In this document: positions 50,135-59,900 of the stretch, in pieces
Position numbering within the stretch: the stretch's first letter is position 1
How the letters are laid out: each line of letters begins with the position of its first letter
NCBI GenBank assembly: GCA_022710725.1
Contig: JAKLGK010000010.1
Span: forward strand, 67,190 to 131,189
Source: Verrucomicrobiota bacterium
GTDB lineage: Bacteria > Verrucomicrobiota > Kiritimatiellia > CAIQIC01 > JAGNIJ01
Direction of reading: 5' to 3'
Length of the DNA stretch: 64,000 nucleotides
Notes under the pieces: model-generated
The model's database searches: none
What the model was told of the DNA's origin: nothing
What the model saw: the letters and a program-made list of their open reading frames with translations, nothing else
Made by a program: the position numbers and the translations under genes

Positions 50135-51211
50135 CTACGCACCAACGCACACCTCATCCGGGAACACAGTGGCGATATATTCGAACTCCATGAGAGTACT
50201 CGGGCGTTTGTGCCGATGCTCCCAGAGCGGGAATGTCGGCCAAATTATCCGGTCAGGTAGGGCATTATGGGTGCTGGCTATTTGTGGGTCCAGTTTGACC
50301 AGCATCAGTATTTTGGAGACAAGCGATTGATCCCATAGAAGACTGTGCATACCAGCGTAATTGGCGGCAAGCGCTACAACTGCCTCGTCTTTTGAAAAAG
50401 GCTGCATAGGCAACACGCTGCTGATCTGGAACTTCTCGTCACAGCGGGGGATATCACGAAACCGATTGTTCCAAATATCCTCAACTCCCAGCTCGGTCAT
50501 CGTGTGATTATTCAGCGGGATGCAGAAAGCCAAAAGCATAATCGACCAAACCCACTGGGCGCAGGAAACCATGAGTAGAGATTGAGTGTCGGCTTCGGAG
50601 TTCACGTGGAATAATGAAATTGCCAGGCGGCGGAGAGCCTCTACATCCGTGAAATCAGCGGGGTCACTTTCCATGTCTGTGTCGTCATTCACAAGGTTGG
50701 CCAGCGTGTAGATTTGTGTCCAGCCGTCCACTTGCTGTTGATAAATATCGTTAAGCGGAAATGTGGGCGCATGGGGCCTGAAGAGATGGAATTGGCCCCT
50801 TTTGTCCGTGCGCAGCAGTTTATTCTCCACACACAAAACAGGTTCTATAGTCTTGCGGGTGGCCGCTGTTACCATTAGAAACAGATCCCCATGGCGGGTG
50901 GCCAAGATGTCGTTATGCCAACAGCGTTGACGCTTGGCTTCTCTCATGTCTCCCGCATCGGGTTCAAGATAGACAACAATGTCGCCAGCCTCGCCAATAT
51001 TGGGCATTTCCGCATTCGGTTGCACATTAATGACGCCATCTCCTTTTGGACTGATTATGTCCACCGGAGTAGCTGCTGGGCGGCCAGTAATAGCGGCGAT
51101 CTTGTCGGCCAACCCGGGGAGCGCAGCGGCCGGGTTCACAAAACAGAATTCTCGGCTATCAACGCCCAGGTAGTCTTTCTTCAGTTCCCATTTCTTCATA
51201 GACGGCCCCAT
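50135..51211 (-). CDS. hypothetical protein (orphan, opposite strand)
   Basis: 358-aa ORF with normal amino-acid composition. The start is 51211 or 51199 (MKKWELKK). No family recognised. Confidence 0.55.
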   Translation of the reverse strand: MGPSMKKWELKKDYLGVDSREFCFVNPAAALPGLADKIAAITGRPAATPVDIISPKGDGVINVQPNAEMPNIGEAGDIVVYLEPDAGDMREAKRQRCWHNDILATRHGDLFLMVTAATRKTIEPVLCVENKLLRTDKRGQFHLFRPHAPTFPLNDIYQQQVDGWTQIYTLANLVNDDTDMESDPADFTDVEALRRLAISLFHVNSEADTQSLLMVSCAQWVWSIMLLAFCIPLNNHTMTELGVEDIWNNRFRDIPRCDEKFQISSVLPMQPFSKDEAVVALAANYAGMHSLLWDQSLVSKILMLVKLDPQIASTHNALPDRIIWPTFPLWEHRHKRPSTLMEFEYIATVFPDEVCVGA

Positions 51212-51502
51212 GAAATGCAGCTTACCATTTCAGCTATTTGTGGGCATGACACGATATGCGCCCTCCCTGTTGAATGCAGTATAGCAACACGCACGGGTTT
51301 ATCAAGCCAGGCGAATATCTTCAGTTATTGTAGTAACTGATCCTCCTGCATAGTGTTCCATAAACCCGGCTATTTATCGGTTTGTTCTTGCCGCTACGCC
51401 CTGTCGAGTTGTAGCCTATCGTCGCAGGGAATTGCTGGTCTGGCAGGGACATCAGGAAGCCAGATCGTTTACAAGGGCCACGCTATCAAGTAAGGGGGAA
51501 TT

Positions 51503-51916
51503 ATGAGCAACCAGGCCTATGCCAGGCAGATTTTCAATAAGGTGCTTGTTATTGTTACGGGGCTCTTGGTGTGCGGTATTCTCTTAACTGCTGTGAGCGT
51601 GGTTAAGAGCCCTATCACGCCAACAACTGCAAGTGCATCGGTCAAGGCCGCGCAATGGACGCTCCGAATGTCAACAGGTGTCCCTGGCCTCATTCTTGTC
51701 ACTCTCGGGGTCATTTGCTTTATTCTGCTTCTCATCAGAATACCAGTGAAAGAGATCTTGCAGGGAGGCGCTGGCCCGAACAAGTCTATTGAAACCATGG
51801 GATATAGAACGGCTGAATCCAAAAATACGAGCCGCAAGATGCCGCTTCTAATGTACTGGATTCTCGGGAAACGGCTGGGGATCATTCCGATAGAGAAGGG
51901 CGAAGAAAATATGTGA
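51503..51916 (+). CDS. small membrane protein (2 TM)
   Basis: Hydrophobic segments VLVIVTGLLVCGILLTAVSVV and GVPGLILVTLGVICFILLLI. First gene of a three-gene plus-strand cluster. Confidence 0.55.
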   Translation: MSNQAYARQIFNKVLVIVTGLLVCGILLTAVSVVKSPITPTTASASVKAAQWTLRMSTGVPGLILVTLGVICFILLLIRIPVKEILQGGAGPNKSIETMGYRTAESKNTSRKMPLLMYWILGKRLGIIPIEKGEENM

Positions 51917-51966
51917 TGCTGATGTTGGGAGGCTATCAGTCAGGTCGGGAGAAAAAGGAGGATACA

Positions 51967-52449
51967 ATGCCACACGTTATATATGAGCTGTTTCTTCGCA
52001 CGGAGCAAGGGGTCAGGCGCTTATTCGGCGCACCACTTGGAGGTAAACTTGGTGGCCGCGCTAATGCCGACTATGCCCTTCGGTTTGCGAAAGATACCGG
52101 AGCTTACAAGATCGAGGTCGGATTCGAGGATAATATGGTGTGTTACTCGCTGTTCCAGAAAAAGCAGGGCGGGGAGATTGAAAATATCGATATTCGAAGG
52201 TGGCTCCAGGTGTGTGCAGACAAGTCGGAATGGGCGGACGTGACTCCGACGACGACGAGCCCGCAGTCGAAGACACCTGTGTATGCCACAAGCGCCTACA
52301 GAGATTACGAATATCGCGAGAAAGACACCGGTGGAGCCGTGGCCCGGTCTTTCTACGCCCGCTATAGCTGTAGTTCGAATATGTTGGTCGTATTTTCGAA
52401 AGAGTGGAAGGCCGATATCAGCAAGGAATTGAGCACCCCGATAAAATAG
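51967..52449 (+). CDS. hypothetical protein
   Basis: Start at the ATG at 51967, preceded by AAGGAGGA. 160 aa, with no family recognised. Confidence 0.5.
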   Translation: MPHVIYELFLRTEQGVRRLFGAPLGGKLGGRANADYALRFAKDTGAYKIEVGFEDNMVCYSLFQKKQGGEIENIDIRRWLQVCADKSEWADVTPTTTSPQSKTPVYATSAYRDYEYREKDTGGAVARSFYARYSCSSNMLVVFSKEWKADISKELSTPIK

Positions 52450-52508
52450 GACCAGAATCGGATTTCTGGCGAAGATCCTGACTAGTTCCGGTTCGGTGGG
52501 AGGGTTCA

Positions 52509-53828
52509 ATGAATAACAAGCTGTGTTTTCCTGTCATCGTAGTTCCTGGAATCACCGCCACCTACCTACGTGACGAATACGAAATGCCGCCGGAAACGGT
52601 TTGGGCCATGTTGCGGAAGTCCTACGACCGTGTTTCCTTGCACCCCGATAATTTGCTTTATGAAGCAAAAGAGCCCGCCCGAGTCGTTACCGACCAAGTA
52701 ATTGATTTGGGCTACAAGCAAATCGTTCATGAGCTTCGTCACAACTTGAGGGACAAGGCGGATGAACCTGTGCCAGTGTTTTGTTTTGGATACGATTGGC
52801 GGCAACCACTGGACATGGTCGAGAAGCAACTGGATGCCTTTATTACCGAAGTGATTGATCGAACGAAACTACTGCCGCATTACCATGCTACCCACTATCC
52901 CGACGATCCGAAGGTCCATCTTGTAGGGCATTCCATGGGCGGGCTCATCATCACGGGATATCTGGAGCGGAAGAAGCGAGAAGCCCGCGTGGCCAAGGTC
53001 GCTACTCTGGCCACTCCATTCCGGGGGTCTTTCGAGGCGGTTCTCCAGGTCACAACAGGAACCGCGAGCCTTGGGACACAAGCTCCCAGTTCGAGTGCGC
53101 GAGAGATGGCGAGGGCTGCCCCTGCCGTGTATCACTTGATTCCGCGCTTTGAGGGCATGGAATTCGACGCAGGCTTACCGGATACCCTCTTTGATCCGGC
53201 AATCTGGCAGCCAAGCGTGGTAAGAACGCTGGGCGAGTATGTCCGATTGTATGCTGCCGAACAACCTGTTGACGAAGCGGTAATCAAACAAAAGGCCAGC
53301 GACCTTTTTAGCGGGATGTTGGCCGAAGCAAAGAAACACCGGGATAGGATCGAGGCGTTTAGGCTGGATCAGGCGGGATTGACTCCTCAGGACTGGCTCT
53401 GTGTGGTGGGGGTGGGGTCCAAAACCCGAGTGGCGTTGAAGATTCGGAAGACATCTAGTGGGCCTGAATTTGACCTTGCCTCGACGGAACGCAAAGATAA
53501 CTGGGGATCGAACAAGACGAAAGCCTGGCATCTTACAGGTGACGGGACAGTGCCGTTCAAAGGGGCTCAACCCGCGTTCCTCAAGCCTGAAAACCTCGTT
53601 TGTGTAACCCCCAAGGACTACGGGTACTGGGAGGTGCAGGATAACGTAATCGCCAATATTGCTGGATTTCATGGAATCATGCCCAATATGAACATGCTTC
53701 ACCGGCTGATTGTTCGGCATTTTACGGGGAGAGAAGACAAGCATGGGAATACATGGGGCAGAAGGGCTCCGGGGGTCGGGAAGAGGAATTGGAAGCCGCC
53801 GATGGAGCTTGAGGAAAAGAAGAAGTGA
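52509..53828 (+). CDS. alpha/beta-hydrolase, LCAT-like lipase/acyltransferase family
   Basis: FPVIVVPGITATYL, FGYDWRQP and the nucleophile elbow VGHSMGG. This order of motifs is typical of lecithin:cholesterol-acyltransferase-like lipases. Confidence 0.75.
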   Translation: MNNKLCFPVIVVPGITATYLRDEYEMPPETVWAMLRKSYDRVSLHPDNLLYEAKEPARVVTDQVIDLGYKQIVHELRHNLRDKADEPVPVFCFGYDWRQPLDMVEKQLDAFITEVIDRTKLLPHYHATHYPDDPKVHLVGHSMGGLIITGYLERKKREARVAKVATLATPFRGSFEAVLQVTTGTASLGTQAPSSSAREMARAAPAVYHLIPRFEGMEFDAGLPDTLFDPAIWQPSVVRTLGEYVRLYAAEQPVDEAVIKQKASDLFSGMLAEAKKHRDRIEAFRLDQAGLTPQDWLCVVGVGSKTRVALKIRKTSSGPEFDLASTERKDNWGSNKTKAWHLTGDGTVPFKGAQPAFLKPENLVCVTPKDYGYWEVQDNVIANIAGFHGIMPNMNMLHRLIVRHFTGREDKHGNTWGRRAPGVGKRNWKPPMELEEKKK

Positions 53829-54084
53829 TTATTGAGTGGGTCACGAACCGGTATTTCTGAATACTGCACACTGTATGCGTTTGCGTGTCCATAACGATAT
53901 ATGTGGGCAACGCGCACGAGCAATCATGCCTCTGTGTTGCTCTTGGCGCTTAAGTCTGCATGCATTGTTAGTTGCGGTGAGTGATATTTCATGAACCCAC
54001 ATTACGTAGCCGTCATGCATGATATGTATGGCATGATAATGCTGCATCGCTCCTGCGGGAATATTAACAAAAGGAGTAAACGTC

Positions 54085-55569
54085 ATGGAACACAAGAACT
54101 TTAGTATTGGATTTATAAAATGCGGGCAGGGAGAGCACATGTTCCTGTCTGTAACGCCAGGATTTGAGTATGGCCCTGGAATATTGCGTGATGGGATTAC
54201 TAAGCCCAGAATGACTGATCCGCACCATGTCCAGTATGTCCGACATGCTTTATCGTTGCCTCCTGGAAAACGAGAAGAGAAGCACTATACAGAAGATGCC
54301 TTTCTTCAACGTGCCGGGACTTGGACCTATTACCAACATCTTAAGCAGTTTATTAAGCAATGTGGAAAAGAATGGTTGGTTATTGGTTGCCAGAGCTGTG
54401 GCGATCTAACAATGAATCCATGGCACGTAGCTTATCTTGGCGACTCACACATTTCGGGCCAGCACTGCAAACTCTGTGCGCTTTCGACTGATGAGGACCC
54501 GGATCACAAGGAGCCTTTTGGGAAAAGGGTATACCATTCGCTAGTTAAATGGCGTCAGCCAGTTGCAGAGCGCCTTGGAAAGGCTTATGAGTTTCTGGAC
54601 CTTCAGATATCAAACGGCCCAAAAGGCCCTGAAATCATTATTGATCGTGACAGCACCCGGACCGAGTATGATCTTCTATTGAAAGGACTTGATGGATATA
54701 ATGACGTAGAGAAAGATATAGGCAAGCTTGTTCATTTTACGCTTTCTGGCAAGCCAATCGTGGACGCCGGCATAGAACTAGCCCTATCAAACGCAATTGA
54801 CCGATTTCAAGATGTAAGACATATATTTAATCTGCCCGCTGTGGCCGCGCATGGTGTATATAACGGGCAGGATGTTAATGAAATCATATTTGGCGAGTAC
54901 CAGCTCTTTGGTAGGCTAAACGAGAGGCGTGCAGCGCTTCAAACGGCAGTAAGAATATCGCTGAATATTGAATCAAATGTGGCTGTAAAATGGGCCGACT
55001 TGGAAAAGAAACTATTGGCGCGTCATTTCCGCGCAGTTTCGGAATCCCCCACAAAGCGAGGGGACTTCAGAAAGCTAGACTCGGAAACGGTGGAAATCTT
55101 CTATCCTCATAATGTATATCCGTTTGGCGTTATTGGGCTGTCACAGGATGGTCTTGTGTGCTTGGCATCTGGAGGGTTGTCGGGACGCGTTGGGAATACG
55201 CTTGAGGGTATCACGCGAATCATGTTTGATTTCTTTGGTTGCGCGGACGCCATGGTCTTGGACGAAGGCTTCGATACATTTCAAATAGTCAACCCGTCAG
55301 TAGGAGATGGGGTGTATAAATTCACGAATGAAGATATACTATTATCAACATTATCATTGGCCCACCATCAGTTGCAATCCGAGGTATCTATGGCCCCGAA
55401 TCATGACGGTCAAAGCATGAGGCAATGGCCCCTTAACATTGCGTTGTGTGATGAAATTGAGAATGACTATCAGAATGCAGGTGGGAGCAGGGGGCACAAG
55501 GAGGTCTTTGTGGTTCAGCCTCATCGTTCTCAAATGCGAAGCATAATAATATACGCGGTTAAGAAATAG
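54085..55569 (+). CDS. hypothetical protein with internal Cys4 motif and weak C-terminal phosphodiester-glycosidase (NAGPA/DUF2233)-like pattern
   Basis: GCQSCGD...HCKLCA. The C-terminus (GVIGLSQDGLVCLASGG..GNTLEGITRIMFDFFGCADAMVLDEG) loosely resembles NAGPA-type domains. Confidence 0.5.
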   Translation: MEHKNFSIGFIKCGQGEHMFLSVTPGFEYGPGILRDGITKPRMTDPHHVQYVRHALSLPPGKREEKHYTEDAFLQRAGTWTYYQHLKQFIKQCGKEWLVIGCQSCGDLTMNPWHVAYLGDSHISGQHCKLCALSTDEDPDHKEPFGKRVYHSLVKWRQPVAERLGKAYEFLDLQISNGPKGPEIIIDRDSTRTEYDLLLKGLDGYNDVEKDIGKLVHFTLSGKPIVDAGIELALSNAIDRFQDVRHIFNLPAVAAHGVYNGQDVNEIIFGEYQLFGRLNERRAALQTAVRISLNIESNVAVKWADLEKKLLARHFRAVSESPTKRGDFRKLDSETVEIFYPHNVYPFGVIGLSQDGLVCLASGGLSGRVGNTLEGITRIMFDFFGCADAMVLDEGFDTFQIVNPSVGDGVYKFTNEDILLSTLSLAHHQLQSEVSMAPNHDGQSMRQWPLNIALCDEIENDYQNAGGSRGHKEVFVVQPHRSQMRSIIIYAVKK

Positions 55570-55666
55570 CAGCAGATGCGATGTGTAGGATAGCTGTATC
55601 TTGTAGAATGCGAAGGGATCGAAGTCGTTGTGGGCGTTGGCCGAGGCAGAATGAAAGGGGAAGGAT

Positions 55667-55900
55667 ATGGCACAGTACAAGTATCAGAAGTATCTCGCTC
55701 AGTCAGATAATGCCGGATACGACAAGCTGTACAGTCCAGGTTCCATTTGCCTCAATTCAGGTATATACCGTTGCGAGGCGTGCGGAGATGAGATTGCGTC
55801 GAATAAGGGCAATCCGCTCCCGCCCCAGAATCATCACCAGCATGCTCCGGGCCTGGGGGGCATCCAATGGAAACTGATTGTCTTTGCGATACAGAAGTAG
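55667..55900 (+). CDS. small zinc-ribbon-like protein
   Basis: 77 aa, GIYRCEACGDEI followed by a His-rich stretch (NHHQH). A GGGGAAGGA-type SD lies ~8 nt upstream. Confidence 0.4.
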   Translation: MAQYKYQKYLAQSDNAGYDKLYSPGSICLNSGIYRCEACGDEIASNKGNPLPPQNHHQHAPGLGGIQWKLIVFAIQK

Positions 55901-56004
55901 ACGGTTCTTATTCCTGCTTACAGAACTAGCTGGCGATATCCGGCGATTAATCAAAAAGCCGAACATGCCAGAAGGTCTGTGCGTGTTGTCCTTTAGGCGG
56001 AAAA

Positions 56005-56397
56005 ATGAAATCTCGGGACAACGAAGAGGACTTGCGCATCGACACAGACGGCGATGTATGGAGATTTGATTTGATACGGCGCGGTAAACGACTCGGGTGG
56101 CTTTTCGCCGTTAGAAAGGACGAACGGTTGCTCCTGAGTGACATCGTGCTTGAAAACTCGAAATACAAGGGGCGGGGGATAGGGAGGCGTCTTCTCGATG
56201 CATTTCTCAAGACGGCCCAAGAATCAGGGATTACCGAGATATGGGGCTCGGTGACTCAAGACGATATCGAACAAACTCCGTACCTTCTGGACTGGTACGC
56301 AAGGCTCGGATTCACTATTTCAGATCCAGATGAAGAGTGCGTTCATACAGCCGCCAAGAAAATAGTGATGAAGTTGACGAAAGGGCATGAGGGATAG
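56005..56397 (+). CDS. GNAT family N-acetyltransferase (small)
   Basis: YKGRGIGRRLLDAFLKTAQESGITEIW is an acetyl-CoA-binding motif A pattern (R/Q-x-x-G-x-G/A). Confidence 0.7.
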   Translation: MKSRDNEEDLRIDTDGDVWRFDLIRRGKRLGWLFAVRKDERLLLSDIVLENSKYKGRGIGRRLLDAFLKTAQESGITEIWGSVTQDDIEQTPYLLDWYARLGFTISDPDEECVHTAAKKIVMKLTKGHEG

Positions 56398-56437
56398 CCT
56401 TTCGGTTAATAAGCAGGCGGTTTGAATAGGGAACCAT

Positions 56438-56638
56438 ATGTCCAAACAAGCTTCACGCGCTGGCAAACGATGGGCTGATAGTGAGGTAAGAAAGCTCAAG
56501 CTTCTCATCAAGCAAAACGCCCCGACGCCGTTGATTGCCTGGAAATTGTTTAGAACGGAATCCGGGGTCGAGAGTAAGGCTGTAGACGAAGGGCTGTCGA
56601 TAAAGCGCGCGAATAAGTCGTCGTACAACTGCGCATAG
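56438..56638 (+). CDS. small basic protein, possible Myb/SANT-like DNA binder
   Basis: 66 aa. KRWADSEVRKLKLLIKQNAPTPLIAWKL resembles a Myb-like helix pattern. Weak. Confidence 0.35.
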   Translation: MSKQASRAGKRWADSEVRKLKLLIKQNAPTPLIAWKLFRTESGVESKAVDEGLSIKRANKSSYNCA

Positions 56639-56942
56639 CTGCATTCCCATTTCCCGAATGTCAACAGTATGGTCCCGAATGGCGGCTGAACTTATTGAGT
56701 AAACTACAGTCCGAGTGCACCATGCCTGCTCATCTTGCGAGAGCCTTTTCGGTCCAGGCCAGAAGTGCGGCACAAAAATGAACATCATTATTGAGAAACG
56801 CCGGTGCGAAGCTAGGGAAATAGGCCGATATCAGGTGTGCGATACACTATTTTAATGTTGTTTGAAAAATCTTCTTGCACTAGGTATCCCCGCCGACTAG
56901 AAAGCAACTGTTCGCAAGGAGTGCAGGCCAAGGGAGGCTGTC

Positions 56943-59900
56943 ATGGACGCATTACGAACCGTGCCGAGTGTGCGTTGTGTCTTGTTGTCAGTCATGATGG
57001 TGTTCTTGGCGGTAAATTCCCATGGCGTCCAGCCACCAGATTCAAGCCTTGCTGACACCAATTCGTTATTAGAGGTCGATGCTTTTCTCGCCGTCGCCGA
57101 AACCAATGATCCTGCGGGCTCTATCATTTCCAGTGAGCCAGTCGGCCAGGAGGAGAAATGGAATGCGCCTGAAACCTCAACAGATGGCTGTAGCCGACGC
57201 CATGTCAATGTGCGTACCGTAGTCTATGCGGACGGGAGTACGCGTGTCGAGGAAACGGGACGGGGATACACGGAGTTGGCTGGTGGCCTTAACTACAGAG
57301 CCCAGAACGGCGAATGGAGGCTCTCAACGCTGGGGCAGGAGATTCAACCGGACGGTGGCATTGCTTACACACAGCTAGCCGCCAACTTAAGCTTTGCGAA
57401 AAATGCCAATCAGAACGCCGTGGTAGAAATTCGCTACGAGGACGGGAAAGTCGCCCGCTCTGCTGTTGCGGGATTGAGCTATTACGATTCGGCCAGCGGC
57501 AAGAGCTACGTCTTTGCTTGGCTCAAGAATAGCACAGCCCAAAGTTTTGATGGAGGCGTCTACTATCCCGATGCCTTCGAAGGGGCAGGGGCTGATATCC
57601 GCTACAAGGTGGATCGCGTCAAGGTACAGCAGGACGTGGTGCTTTATGCCTTGCCTGATCCCAAAACCTTCGGAATGGACCCAAAGACCACGTGGCTCTC
57701 TGTTTTGACGGAATTACTGGATGTTGACCTCTCCGATGCGGAAATCCGGCGAGACGATTTGGCAAAGACAGAAGAGCGCAACGAAGCCCCTTTGGAGGTA
57801 TGGGTTGAGGATGGTTCCGCCGCGCCCCAGCGGAAACACAACTTCCAGCGCAGCTATACCTACGTGGAAGAAGGCGACTGGGTGATGGGCGGCGATGTCA
57901 AGGCCGGGGACAGAAAGGCACAGGGCGATCCTTTGGTGGGGGCTATTGAACCGCTATCCATGCGTTTGTTCGAAACGGGAGGGCGGGTGTTCTTATCAGA
58001 GGACGTGCCGGTCTCCGCTATCCAGCAGGGCGCGGAGAAGGTGGTTGAAGCCTTGGCGTCAGTCCCTGCAATGGAGGTGTCGCAGGATGAGGAGGCTCTG
58101 TTGCCACCCATACGCCCGACGGAGGGAGGGGCCGCTATCGCTTCGACTCGACCTAGATCCGGCACGGCCTTCGTGGTGGACTACTGCGACTACTACGGGA
58201 CCTATACCAACAACGTGAGGTTTTACAAGGACCAGACGTATTTTATCAGTTCGGACCTGGTTGTTTCGGGTGCGAAAATGACCATTGAGCCGGGGACCGT
58301 GGTCAAGCTGGCAACGAATGCTTCGGTAATTCTGCAAAGCGCGGCACGGTTGGAATGCCTGTACTACACCAACCAGCCCGCCATATTCACTACTGTGCAT
58401 GACACGAGCGCGGGGGAATCGATACCGGGCTATACCAACGCTCCTGTGTCGAATAAATACGCTGCGGCTCTGAATATGCAGTCCGGCACGAACTGCGTCT
58501 GGGGATTACAAGTCCGATACGCCAAGAAAGGACTTGTTTTCAACGCGCCCGGCTCACAGCACGACGCCAGAGACAATCAGATCTTCAATACGGATCGAGC
58601 CATCGAGGTAGCATCAGGATGGACTATTCTACGAATTCGGCACGTGTTGATCTCTAACGCATTGGAGGGCGTGTGGGCGCGCACTAATTCGGTTAATGTC
58701 ACCTTTTGTACGTTTGATAACGTAGGCGCAGCCCTCTGGGTAACGACAGGGGTAGCTTCTTTATCGGTATCCGACAGCTTGTTTGTGGATGTCGCCACGA
58801 ACTTGGTTTCCAATGGCGTTGTATCGGCAAGTTTTAACTATTGCGCGGCATTCAATGCGACGAACGGGTGGTTGGGCACGAATGCCGTTACCCTGGCAAG
58901 CAGGCCCTTTGAGCCTGGCGTTCAGGGGGCGCATTACCTCCTGCGGAATGCGACAAATCTGATCGACCGAGGATCGGGTGCGGCCCCGTACACGATGTGC
59001 TGGTACCACCATACGACAGCAACAAACCATGCCAAGGAATCGAACACGGTTGTAGACATCGGATTTCATTATCCGTCGCCGCAGGACAGTGACGGTGACG
59101 GTCTTTGCGACTACTGGGAAGATACCTATGGGAACACTTGGTATACTTGGTATCAAGACGAGTCCAATTGGCAGGTATCAGATACGGACGGCGATGGATT
59201 GAGCGACGGGAGCGAAGTGCGCCTTTATTGGACGAATCCGAAGGCACAGGACTCAGATGCCGATGGACAGAATGATAAGATGGAGGTGGACAACGGTTCG
59301 GACCCGAATAGCGCCGCTTCTTTCATAACCACGCTTTCAGGAACGGTAGCATACAGCGGCTCTCAAACAGGCATAGTGCGAATCACGGCATATGATGTCG
59401 GTGGCGTCTCAAGGGATGGGCTTATTCTGGAGTACCTCTTGGATGGTGATGGCGGCTCAAATATTATGGATCAAAGCGATAGCGGCAACAACGCCAGCGT
59501 ATCCAACGCCACCTATAGCTCTAGCGGATACCGGGATGGGTGCTACCTTTTCAATGGAACAAATGCCTGCTTGCACATTACCTACAATGCCACCAACGGC
59601 CTCCATCCGGTGGAAGATCCATTCACCGTATCGGCTTGGTTTAAGACTTCGTCAAGTTCGCCGCTGGAACAGACGGTATTGGCGACGCATTATCCTGGCA
59701 CAGCAGCCGACGGATACTACTTGAGCTTTGAATCAGGCGGCGGCCATTTACGATGGTTTGTTGGGGCAAGTAATCGTCCTTCCGTAGAGGTAAAATCAAC
59801 TAATACGCTAAACGATGGCCAGTGGCATAACGCAGTAGGACTGTGGTCCAGCAATCAGATATACCTGTACATTGACGGGAAGCTTCATGCATCCCGCGAA

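Noticed and set aside
32080-56700. Interpretation of the island as a prophage
   Set aside because: No terminase, portal, capsid, tail or lysis genes were recognisable. The content fits an integrative (possibly self-replicating) element with defence cargo.
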